Source: Candidatus Iainarchaeum sp.
GTDB lineage: Archaea > Iainarchaeota > Iainarchaeia > Iainarchaeales > UBA10191
DNA: 20,883 nucleotides
Reading direction: 5' to 3'
Assembly (NCBI GenBank): GCA_030649735.1
Contig: JAUSFL010000048.1
Span: 1-20,883, forward strand
In this document: piece by piece, positions 13,917 to 20,883 of the stretch
Layout of the letters: every line of letters begins with the position of its first letter
Numbering within the stretch: position 1 is the stretch's first letter
Translations under genes and position numbers: made by a program
Notes under the pieces: model-generated
The model's database searches: none
What the model was told of the DNA's origin: nothing
What the model saw: the letters and a program-made list of their open reading frames with translations, nothing else

Positions 13917-14426
13917 TTGGGCAAGGAATTCTTTGACATTGTAAGCAAGCAAGACAAGGTCATTGGAAGAATTGACAAGGCTACAGCGCACCAGACAGGC
14001 GCATTGCACAGGGCAGTGCATGTTTTTGTTTTCAACAAAAAAGGGCAATTGCTCTTGGGAAAACGCTCCAAAAAAAAGCTCTTGGCTCCGGGATTATGGG
14101 ACTCCAGCGTTGGAGAGCACGCAAAAGCCGGAGAAACTTATGAAAAGGCGGCAATCCGCGGGCTAAAGGAAGAGCTTGGAATTAGAACAAAAAAAGCCAA
14201 AAAATTGTTCAAAATCCGCATTAACGACAAAACCAGCGCTTACCACAATAGAGAATTCATAATGCTTTTCGAGAAAGAATTCAATGGCAAAGTAAAGCCA
14301 AACAGCGAGTCTGAAAAGACCGCATGGTTTTCAATAAAAGCCCTCAAAAGCAAGATTAAAAAGAATCCAAAAGTGTTTTGCACGGCTTTCTTGGCTTTCT
14401 TCAAGAAATACTCTAAAGGGCTGTAA
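13917..14426 (+). CDS. NUDIX hydrolase, IPP isomerase type 1-like / YfcD-like
   Basis: LHRAVHVFVFN, LLLGKRS, PGLWDSSVGEH, variant Nudix box GETYEKAAIRGLKEELGI. Confidence 0.85.
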   Translation: MGKEFFDIVSKQDKVIGRIDKATAHQTGALHRAVHVFVFNKKGQLLLGKRSKKKLLAPGLWDSSVGEHAKAGETYEKAAIRGLKEELGIRTKKAKKLFKIRINDKTSAYHNREFIMLFEKEFNGKVKPNSESEKTAWFSIKALKSKIKKNPKVFCTAFLAFFKKYSKGL

Positions 14427-14427
14427 A

Positions 14428-14736
14428 ATGCAAGGCAAAAGAAAAGGATTTATTGAAGGAATTGCCGAGGAAAGAATCCGCATTCTTTTCGGGCTTGCAG
14501 AAGAATTCTGCAGCAAAAATCCCGAAAGAAGCAAGCAGTACATTGAACTGGCCTTGCGGATTGCAAGCAGGAACAAGGCAAAAATGCCTTTGGATTTGAA
14601 AGTTCACTACTGCAAAAAATGCAATTGCTTCCTTGGCAAAAAAAACAGCAGTCTTAATGAAGAAAAAAAGCCCGCGGTCTTGAAGTGCAAAAGCTGCGGT
14701 TTTGAAAGAAAACTGGGTTTTAAGGCAGAATCTTGA
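14428..14736 (+). CDS. rnp4: Ribonuclease P protein component 4 (Rpp21)
   Basis: IAEERIRILF, YIELALRIA, zinc ribbon CKKC...CKSCG; usual position upstream of rps19e. Confidence 0.9.
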   Translation: MQGKRKGFIEGIAEERIRILFGLAEEFCSKNPERSKQYIELALRIASRNKAKMPLDLKVHYCKKCNCFLGKKNSSLNEEKKPAVLKCKSCGFERKLGFKAES

Positions 14737-14830
14737 AGTATTCCAGAAAGCATTTTTAAAGATTTTCCAAAGAAAGGTCTGTATAACAGCTGATTTTTGA
14801 AAAATTCAATTATTGGCACTTTGAAACAAT

Positions 14831-14848
14831 TCCCTGAAAAGGGAGGTG
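14831..14848 (+). promoter_or_regulatory. GNRA-tetraloop hairpin (TCCCT-GAAA-AGGGA) overlapping the rps19e Shine-Dalgarno GGAGGTG
   Basis: Stem 14831-14835 pairs with 14840-14844; SD at 14842-14848; TTG start at 14854. Confidence 0.5.
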
Positions 14849-14853
14849 GAATT

Positions 14854-15465
14854 TTGGTTTCAGTGTACGACGTTCACCCTGAATTGTTAATTCAGGAAAC
14901 AGCAAAAGACTTGAAAGAAAAATTCAAGGTGGCAAAGCCTGCATTCGCTGACTTTGTAAAGACAGGAGTTAACAAGGAAAGGGCTCCGGCAAGCCCTGAC
15001 TGGTATTATGTCAGAATGGCATCTATTTTGAGGAGAGTTTACGTTGACGGCCCAGTCGGCGTTGAAAGCCTGCGCACTTATTATGGCGGAAGAAAAGCCA
15101 GGGGCTCAAAACCGCACGAGTTTCGGAAAGCTTCAGGAAAAATAATCAGGCTTTGCCTGCAAGAGCTTGAAAAGCTCGGATTTTTAGAGAAAGACAAGAA
15201 CAAGGACGGCAGGAAAATCACTGGCAAGGGAGAAAAATTCCTGAACGAAAAATCAAAATTCGCTGATTCAATCACTGAAAAGTGGATGAAAGAAACTGCC
15301 GACAGGAAAATAATCCGCGCTGAAGAAAGAAAAAAGAAATACTCGACTCCTTCAGAAGAAAAGAAAGAGCAAAAACGCGAAAAGAAGGAAAGCAAGGACA
15401 AGAAAAAAAAGAACGATGATTCAGACCCAACGGCAGTAAAATTGAAAAAACAGTCAAAAAAGTGA
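14854..15465 (+). CDS. rps19e: 30S ribosomal protein S19e with a charged C-terminal tail
   Basis: SVYDV, FVKTG..KERAP..PDWYYVRMASILRRVYVDGPVGVESLRTYYGG, ASGKIIR..LQELE, GRKIT. TTG start follows a strong SD. Confidence 0.96.
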   Translation: MVSVYDVHPELLIQETAKDLKEKFKVAKPAFADFVKTGVNKERAPASPDWYYVRMASILRRVYVDGPVGVESLRTYYGGRKARGSKPHEFRKASGKIIRLCLQELEKLGFLEKDKNKDGRKITGKGEKFLNEKSKFADSITEKWMKETADRKIIRAEERKKKYSTPSEEKKEQKREKKESKDKKKKNDDSDPTAVKLKKQSKK

Positions 15466-15469
15466 AACA

Positions 15470-15790
15470 ATGGAGGACATTGAGGAAGCGAGGTCTAAAA
15501 AACTGCAGGAATTAAAAGAAAAAATGCTTCAACGGCAGAATGAAGAGCAAAAGCGCGCCCAGCAGGAAATGCAACTGGACGCGGTTTTGAAAAGCATTCT
15601 GACCCAAGAGGCCAAAACGCGCTTGAGCAATGTAAGGCTTGTGAACCAAGAGCTTTATGAAAAGGCAATTCAGGCGGTTTTGTACTTTGCAAAGGCAGGG
15701 CAGATTTCAGGAAAGCTCGGAGAGGAAGAATTGAAGGCAATTCTTTCAAAACTCAATGCAAAAAAAGAAATCACGATAAAACGAAAATGA
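15470..15790 (+). CDS. PDCD5/TFAR19 family DNA-binding protein
   Basis: ILTQEAKTRLSNVRLV, EEELKAIL, C-terminal ITIKRK; conserved position after rps19e. Confidence 0.92.
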   Translation: MEDIEEARSKKLQELKEKMLQRQNEEQKRAQQEMQLDAVLKSILTQEAKTRLSNVRLVNQELYEKAIQAVLYFAKAGQISGKLGEEELKAILSKLNAKKEITIKRK

Positions 15791-15808
15791 AAAAAAGGTG
15801 CGAAAAAA

Positions 15809-16069
15809 ATGGCAAGGAACAAAAAAAAGGACTTCAAGGACTTCTTGATTGCTGCAAGGAAAAAAGTCGGCCAAAGCATTACCAAGGCGCCGTTCTGGGC
15901 AGTCAGGAAGAAAGGAAAAAGAATTTTCGAGAAAAAGCAGAAAAGGCATTGGAAAAATACCGAGCTCGGGCAAGAGTTCAAGAAAGTCCAAAGGCAGTCA
16001 AAATCCAAAGTAGTGAAAGGAAAGCCCCACTTCAAGAAGGCAAAGCACAATAGAAAGAGGAAAGGGTGA
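15809..16069 (+). CDS. rpl39e: 50S ribosomal protein L39e, divergent, with a basic C-terminal extension
   Basis: MARNK...APFWAVRK...KRHWKNTEL matches L39e MARNK...PxW...RRHWRRxxL; conserved position before rpl31e; AGGTG SD. Confidence 0.82.
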   Translation: MARNKKKDFKDFLIAARKKVGQSITKAPFWAVRKKGKRIFEKKQKRHWKNTELGQEFKKVQRQSKSKVVKGKPHFKKAKHNRKRKG

Positions 16070-16074
16070 ATTAA

Positions 16075-16527
16075 ATGGCAAACAAAGAGTTTACAGTCCC
16101 CTTAAGGAAAGCAAAAATGAAGGGAAAGTCAGACATTCAGACAGCAAACCGGGCAATTGCGGTATTGTTCCAGTTTTTCAAAAAGCACTTCCGCAAAGAA
16201 AAAAACTTCGTAATCCTTGCCAAGGAAGTGAATGAGGAAATCTGGAAAAACAGCAACAGGGTCCAAAGCAAAATCAAAGTTCAAACTGTTGAAAAAGACG
16301 GGAAAGTCTTCGTTTACTTGAAAGACAGCAGGGAATTGAAAGAGCTTAGTGAAAAAGCAAAGGCCGCGGAAAAGAAAGAATCAAAAAAGGAAGAAAAGCC
16401 CGCAGAGAAAAAAGCGGAAGCAATTGAAGCAAAGCACGAAAAAACCCATGAAGCAGAACCAACGGAAAAGAAAGATGCAAAAAAGCCAGTTGCAGAGAAA
16501 AAGGAACCAAAAGGGAAAAAGCAATGA
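16075..16527 (+). CDS. rpl31e: 50S ribosomal protein L31e with a Lys/Glu-rich C-terminal tail
   Basis: FTVPLR, ANRAI..L..F.KKH, EVNEEIW, SKIKV; position between rpl39e and eif6. Confidence 0.88.
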   Translation: MANKEFTVPLRKAKMKGKSDIQTANRAIAVLFQFFKKHFRKEKNFVILAKEVNEEIWKNSNRVQSKIKVQTVEKDGKVFVYLKDSRELKELSEKAKAAEKKESKKEEKPAEKKAEAIEAKHEKTHEAEPTEKKDAKKPVAEKKEPKGKKQ

Positions 16528-17183
16528 AGATTTTCAGGGAAAACATAAAGCAAAGCCCGTATTTGGGGATTTTCAGCACAGTGACTGAAGAAATTGCGCT
16601 AGTTCCTGAAAGCACAGAGCAGAAAGAAATGAAAAAGCTTGAGGCCGCGCTTGAAGTTGAGGCAATCAAGGCAAGCATTGCGTCAAGCAGCCTCATTGGA
16701 ATACTGTGCAAGGGAAACACAAATGGATTTGTCGTCCCAGAAATCGCGGAAAAGCAGGAAATAAAGGATTTGGAAAGCAAGGGCTTGAAATTCAAGGTAA
16801 TCAAGGGAAACCTGGCTTTGGGAAACCTGATTGCAGTCAATGAAGAAAAGGCAGTGCTTTCTTCAATAATTCCAAAAAAGCAAAGGGAAGAAATAGCAAA
16901 ATTCCTGAAAGTTGAGGCAATCGAGGCAAAAATTGCGGGCAATGAGCTTGTTGGAAGCAGCATGGTCTTGACAAGCAAGGGATTCTTGATGAACAACAAG
17001 GCATCGCAGAAAGAATTTGATAAAATCAGGGATTTCTTGAAGCTTGAAGGAAAGGCAACAACAGCAAATTACGGGGACAGTTACATTGGAAACTCAATAA
17101 TTGCAAACAGCAAGGCAATCATTGCAGGCTCCTTGACAACAAACATTGAAATAATGAAAATTCAGGAAGGCCTGGAAAACTGA
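16524..17183 (+). CDS. eif6: Translation initiation factor 6 (aIF6)
   Basis: SPYLGIF, IASSSLIG, GNLIAVN, IAGNELVGS, TANYG..YIG, IIANSK...G..TT..E; ATGA overlap with rpl31e. Confidence 0.93.
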   Translation: MKIFRENIKQSPYLGIFSTVTEEIALVPESTEQKEMKKLEAALEVEAIKASIASSSLIGILCKGNTNGFVVPEIAEKQEIKDLESKGLKFKVIKGNLALGNLIAVNEEKAVLSSIIPKKQREEIAKFLKVEAIEAKIAGNELVGSSMVLTSKGFLMNNKASQKEFDKIRDFLKLEGKATTANYGDSYIGNSIIANSKAIIAGSLTTNIEIMKIQEGLEN

Positions 17184-17207
17184 AACAATTGCTCAAAGGG
17201 TGAAATA

Positions 17208-17390
17208 ATGAAAAATTTTGAAGTTAAAGGAACATTCAGGGAAAGAAACGCTGACAAAAAGTTTTCAAAAACCGTGCAAACGCTTAACGAAAACACTGCA
17301 AAGGAAAAAACCCTTGCGCTAATAGGCTCAAAGCACAAGGTGAAAAGAATTCACATTAAAATTGAAAGCGTCAAGGAAAGCAAGGATTGA
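17208..17390 (+). CDS. rpl18a: 50S ribosomal protein L18Ae/LX (eL20)
   Basis: FEVKGTF, FSKTV, AKEK...IGSKHKVKR..IKIESV; SD GGGTGA. Confidence 0.92.
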   Translation: MKNFEVKGTFRERNADKKFSKTVQTLNENTAKEKTLALIGSKHKVKRIHIKIESVKESKD

Positions 17391-17401
17391 GAGTGAAAAA
17401 A

Positions 17402-17857
17402 ATGCTAGGCAATGAAAAAAAAGAAGAAGTAAGCCTTACAGGAAACCAAATGGCAGAAATAGTCAAGCAGGAAAAACTCAAAGCAAAAGAGTTAAGCAGG
17501 CAGGCAAGCCAAATGCACGCGATAATCAATGAAATAAACGGCAGCATTCAGGCAGTAAAGGCAGTCCAAGGCAAGAAAGGCCTGCAAATCATAGTGCCTT
17601 TAGGCGCTGGAATTTCACTGGATGCAATAATTGAAAGCGCTGAAAAAATAAAGACAACAATTCCTGGAAACATCATTGTGGAAAAAACCCCGAAAGAAGC
17701 AATTGAAATGCTTGAAAGCCAGGCAACTGCAGTCAAAAAAGAAATTGAACTGCTGAAAGGCGAAATTTTGCAGGCAAGCAACAAAATCAGGGAGTTTTCA
17801 AAAGTAATGAAGCTGGCGCAAAGCCAATTTTCAAGGCAAAACGCGCAAAGCAAATGA
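17402..17857 (+). CDS. pfdA: Prefoldin subunit alpha
   Basis: Coiled coil, then IIVPLGAGI beta hairpins, GNIIVEKTPKEAIEML, then coiled coil; conserved position. ATG 17402 preferred over TTG 17387. Confidence 0.88.
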   Translation: MLGNEKKEEVSLTGNQMAEIVKQEKLKAKELSRQASQMHAIINEINGSIQAVKAVQGKKGLQIIVPLGAGISLDAIIESAEKIKTTIPGNIIVEKTPKEAIEMLESQATAVKKEIELLKGEILQASNKIREFSKVMKLAQSQFSRQNAQSK

Positions 17858-17888
17858 GTTGATTGAATTATTGGAAGGAATGAGCTGA

Positions 17889-19187
17889 ATGTTTGACTTT
17901 CTCAAGAAAAAAGTGCAAGCATTCACTGAAAAAATCAAAACAGCAATTGAAAAGAAAGAAGACAAGGCAGAAGAGCTTGCAAAAAAAGAAGAACTAATTC
18001 TGGAAAAGCCGGCCGAGCACAAAGTTTTTGAAGAAAAAATTCAAGAGCCAGAAACAACTCCCAAAATAGAAGAAACTGAAGAAATTCCTGCAAAGGAAGA
18101 AATTGGAATCAATCAAATTGAGGCAGTGCAGGAAAAAGAAGAGCTGATTTTTGAAGAAATCCCAAAGCAAAAGGAAGCCGGAAAGCCAGCGCAAATTTTC
18201 CGGGAAAAAAAGCCCCAAATTGAACAGCCAGAAGCTAAGCCAAAGATTGAAGCCAAGCCAAAAATCCTGGAAGTAAAGGAAGAAGACAAGCACAAGCTCG
18301 AGGCAAAAAAAAGCCTAAAGACAAGCCTGTTCGGAATTTTCGCAAAAGAAATCACAATTGAAGAAGCAGACGTCAAGGATTTCTTGTTCGAGTTTGAGCT
18401 GGCGCTTTTGGAAAGCGACGTGGAACAAGATGCGGCAACAGCAATTGTTGAAAACATTCACAAAGAGCTAGTGGGCAGGAAAGCAAGCAAAAAAGAAGAC
18501 CTTTCAGGATTCCTAAAGCAAGAAATCAGGAATTCATTGAAGAAAGTAATGCATGCAGAAAAAGAAATTGACTTTTGGGAAATGGCAAGGCAAAAAAAAC
18601 CTTTCAAAATAATGTTCCTTGGGCCTAATGGCGCGGGAAAAACAACAAGCATTGCAAAAATGGCTTTCGCTTTCAAGCAAAAAGGAAAAAAAGCGGTTTT
18701 TGCAAGCGCTGACACTTTCAGGGCAGGCAGCATTGAGCAAATTGAAGCCCATGCTGAACGGCTTGGAGTCAGGGTTGTAAAGCACAAGTACGGAGCAGAC
18801 CCGGCGGCAGTCGCTTTCGATGCTGTAAAGGCAGCAGAAGCGGATAATGCAGACGTTGTATTGATTGACACTGCAGGAAGGCAAGAAACCAACAAAAATT
18901 TAATGCAAGAATTGAAGAAAATCGTTCGAGTAATACAGCCAGACTTGAAAATTTACGTTGGAGAAGCATACACTGGACAAGCGTTATTGCAGCAGGCTAC
19001 AGAGTTTGACAAGGAAATTGGAATTGACGGATTCATCCTCACAAAAATAGACACTGACGCCAAAGGCGGAACAGCAATCTCCCTGATTTACAAGCTGAAA
19101 AAACCAATCTTGTTCATTGGAACAGGGCAGGAATACACAGACTTGCAGGAATTTAAGCCAGAATTCATAATAGACAGGATTGTTTAA
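17889..19187 (+). CDS. ftsY: Signal recognition particle receptor FtsY
   Basis: MFDFLKKK, acidic A domain, LLESDV, GPNGAGKTTSIAK, DTFRAG, DTAGR, TKID, AKGG, GTGQ. Confidence 0.97.
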   Translation: MFDFLKKKVQAFTEKIKTAIEKKEDKAEELAKKEELILEKPAEHKVFEEKIQEPETTPKIEETEEIPAKEEIGINQIEAVQEKEELIFEEIPKQKEAGKPAQIFREKKPQIEQPEAKPKIEAKPKILEVKEEDKHKLEAKKSLKTSLFGIFAKEITIEEADVKDFLFEFELALLESDVEQDAATAIVENIHKELVGRKASKKEDLSGFLKQEIRNSLKKVMHAEKEIDFWEMARQKKPFKIMFLGPNGAGKTTSIAKMAFAFKQKGKKAVFASADTFRAGSIEQIEAHAERLGVRVVKHKYGADPAAVAFDAVKAAEADNADVVLIDTAGRQETNKNLMQELKKIVRVIQPDLKIYVGEAYTGQALLQQATEFDKEIGIDGFILTKIDTDAKGGTAISLIYKLKKPILFIGTGQEYTDLQEFKPEFIIDRIV

Positions 19188-19245
19188 TTTTTCTGGACAA
19201 TTCCTAGTTTTTTAATGGTTTAGTTCCAGAATTACTACAGATTCT

Positions 19246-20607
19246 ATGGGTTTTGGAGAAAAATTAAGGCAGGCATTGGACAAGCTGCGTTTCACTAGCG
19301 CCTTGGACCAAGAGGCAGTGAAAGAAGCAGTCAAGGAAATCCAAAGGGCCTTGATTTCCGGAGACGTTGAAGTAAAGCTGGTCCTGGAATTAAGCAAAAA
19401 AATTGAAAGCCAGGCTTTTGGAGAACTGCCAAAAGGAATAACGCGCAGAGAATTCATCATAAAATTATGCTATGATTCTTTGGCAGAACTATTGGGCGAA
19501 AAGGAAGCCAAAGTTCCGGAAAAGCCTAAAAGAATACTCTTGCTAGGGCTTTTTGGCCAAGGAAAAACAACCCATGCCGCAAAGCTCGCAAAATACTACA
19601 CTAAAAGAGGATTAAAGCTCGGAGTGATTTGCGCAGACTCTTTCAGGCCCGCAGCCTTTGAGCAGTTAAAGCAGCTTTGCGAAAAAGTCGGGTGTGAGTT
19701 TTACGGAAACCCAAAGGAAAAAAACGCCGCAAAAATAGTGCAGGAAGGAATGCACAAGTTTGAAAAAAAAGAACTAGTGATTGTTGACAGTGCTGGAAGA
19801 AGCGCGCTTGATGAAGAGCTTGTTGAAGAAATAAAAGAAATCCAAAACGTGCTGAAAGCCGAAGAGTTATGGCTTGTGATTGGAGCAGACATGGGACAAT
19901 TGGCTTCAAAACAGGCGCGCGCATTCCATGAGGCAGTTGGAGTCAACGGGATAATAATTTCCAGAATGGATGGAAGCGCCAAAGGCGGAGGGTCATTGGC
20001 AGCATGCCATGCGACAAAAGCCCCAGTGTATTTTTTGGGAGTTGGGGAAAAAATTGACGACCTTGAAGCATTTGACGCGCAACGCTTTTTGAGCAGGATA
20101 ATGGGCTTTGGGGATTTGCAAGCGCTTTTGGAAAAGGCAAAGGAAGCACAGGATGAAATTGGCGGCGATCTTTCAGCGGAAGAAATGCTAAAGGGAGAAT
20201 TCACTCTCAAAACATTCTATGAGCAATTGAAGGCAGCAAGAAAAATCGGGCCTTTGGGAAAAATTGCTGAAATGATGGGAATGAGCGCACAGCTTCCAAA
20301 AGACATGCTAGAGCAAGGAGAAGGAAAACTGGACAATTTTAAAGTAATCATGGATTCAATGACAAAGCAAGAATTGAACACTCCAGACGTCTTAAGCTCT
20401 AACAGAATCAAAAGAATTGCCTTGGGAAGCGGAAAAAGCGAAACTGACGTTCGAGAGCTCTTAAGGCAGTACAAGCAAATGAAGCAAATGTTCAAGGAAT
20501 TCAAAAAGCTCGGCGACATTCAAAACCCTGAAGACTTGAAGAAAGGAAAACTCAGCAAAATAATGCAAAAATTCGCGCAAAAAAAGCAAAAGTTCAAAAT
20601 CAAGTGA
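19246..20607 (+). CDS. srp54: Signal recognition particle protein SRP54
   Basis: EIQRALI..DV, GQGKTT, FRPAAFEQL, DSAGR, GSAKGGG, GVGEK, R.MGFGD, Met-rich M domain with IMDSMT..E and RIALGSG. Confidence 0.97.
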   Translation: MGFGEKLRQALDKLRFTSALDQEAVKEAVKEIQRALISGDVEVKLVLELSKKIESQAFGELPKGITRREFIIKLCYDSLAELLGEKEAKVPEKPKRILLLGLFGQGKTTHAAKLAKYYTKRGLKLGVICADSFRPAAFEQLKQLCEKVGCEFYGNPKEKNAAKIVQEGMHKFEKKELVIVDSAGRSALDEELVEEIKEIQNVLKAEELWLVIGADMGQLASKQARAFHEAVGVNGIIISRMDGSAKGGGSLAACHATKAPVYFLGVGEKIDDLEAFDAQRFLSRIMGFGDLQALLEKAKEAQDEIGGDLSAEEMLKGEFTLKTFYEQLKAARKIGPLGKIAEMMGMSAQLPKDMLEQGEGKLDNFKVIMDSMTKQELNTPDVLSSNRIKRIALGSGKSETDVRELLRQYKQMKQMFKEFKKLGDIQNPEDLKKGKLSKIMQKFAQKKQKFKIK

Positions 20608-20614
20608 AATTCAA

Positions 20615-20883
20615 ATGCCAGTTCCAAAAGGAAGAAAGCAGCAAAGGCAAAAAATGCTTCCAAAAAAGCATTTTGAAAGAATAAAAAATCAAAACCCGCT
20701 AATTAATGAAGAAAGAAGGACAGAAAATGAAGGATTGCAAGAATCAATTAGATTCATGGACCGCCGCGGAGGCCACATTTTTTTCAGGACAACACTGAAA
20801 GAAATTGAACGGGAATTCAGCACAAGCATCACAAGAATTGTCCTGGAAAAGCTAACTGGCGCAAAAAGCAGGCAAGTCAATGT
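20615..20883 (+). CDS. Hypothetical protein, 3' end outside window; Met-Pro/basic N-terminus; absent from the ORF track
   Basis: ATG 7 nt after the srp54 stop; frame is open to the window end: MPVPKGRKQQRQKMLPKKHFERIKNQNPLINEERR... Confidence 0.6.
   Translation, partial: MPVPKGRKQQRQKMLPKKHFERIKNQNPLINEERRTENEGLQESIRFMDRRGGHIFFRTTLKEIEREFSTSITRIVLEKLTGAKSRQVN

Noticed and set aside
14797-14853. 19-aa N-terminal extension of S19e
   Set aside because: The SD GGAGGTG at 14842-14848 points to TTG 14854, which matches the usual S19e start.
15787-16053. 88-aa alternative-frame ORF overlapping rpl39e
   Set aside because: No recognisable motif; the 15809 frame has L39e signatures and an SD.
19191-19231. 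TTCTGGA...TCCAGAA inverted repeat between ftsY and srp54 as SRP RNA or a regulatory hairpin
   Set aside because: The 58-nt gap is far too short and AT-rich for 7S RNA; a 7-bp stem with a long loop is weak.

Overview
Gene-dense archaeal chromosomal window. Archaeal-type ribosomal proteins, aIF6, Hjc, Pth2, archaeal DnaG, Rpp21, TATA boxes and class III signal peptides place it in Archaea. The compactness and small pilin-like genes suggest a DPANN lineage, possibly Diapherotrites/Iainarchaeota (inference, not tested). Left to right: 3' part of a Cdc48 AAA+ ATPase; an M50 site-2 protease; six small class III signal peptide (type IV pilin-like) genes in two convergent operons, one missed by the ORF track; a membrane-tethered ArsR-type regulator and a partner membrane protein; endonuclease IV; a GNAT; pth2; membrane proteins; an NDT-like protein; hjc; DUF167; dnaG; a CYTH protein; tRNA-Val(TAC), tRNA-Gly(GCC) and tRNA-Gly(TCC); two half-ferritin-like genes; a NUDIX; then the conserved cluster rnp4-rps19e-PDCD5-rpl39e-rpl31e-eif6-rpl18a-pfdA-ftsY-srp54 and a truncated ORF. 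No CRISPR array, transposase or integrase was seen. Best leads: (1) the pilin cassette bracketed by a site-2 protease and a two-TM DNA-binding regulator (possible regulated intramembrane proteolysis circuit); (2) three unrelated accessory proteins sharing a Met-Pro/basic N-terminal leader; (3) a tRNA-Gly(GCC) with paired A18/G55 elbow changes; (4) a split ferritin-like pair; (5) extended ribosomal proteins and a GNRA hairpin overlapping the rps19e Shine-Dalgarno. All calls come from motif recognition by eye; no searches were run.
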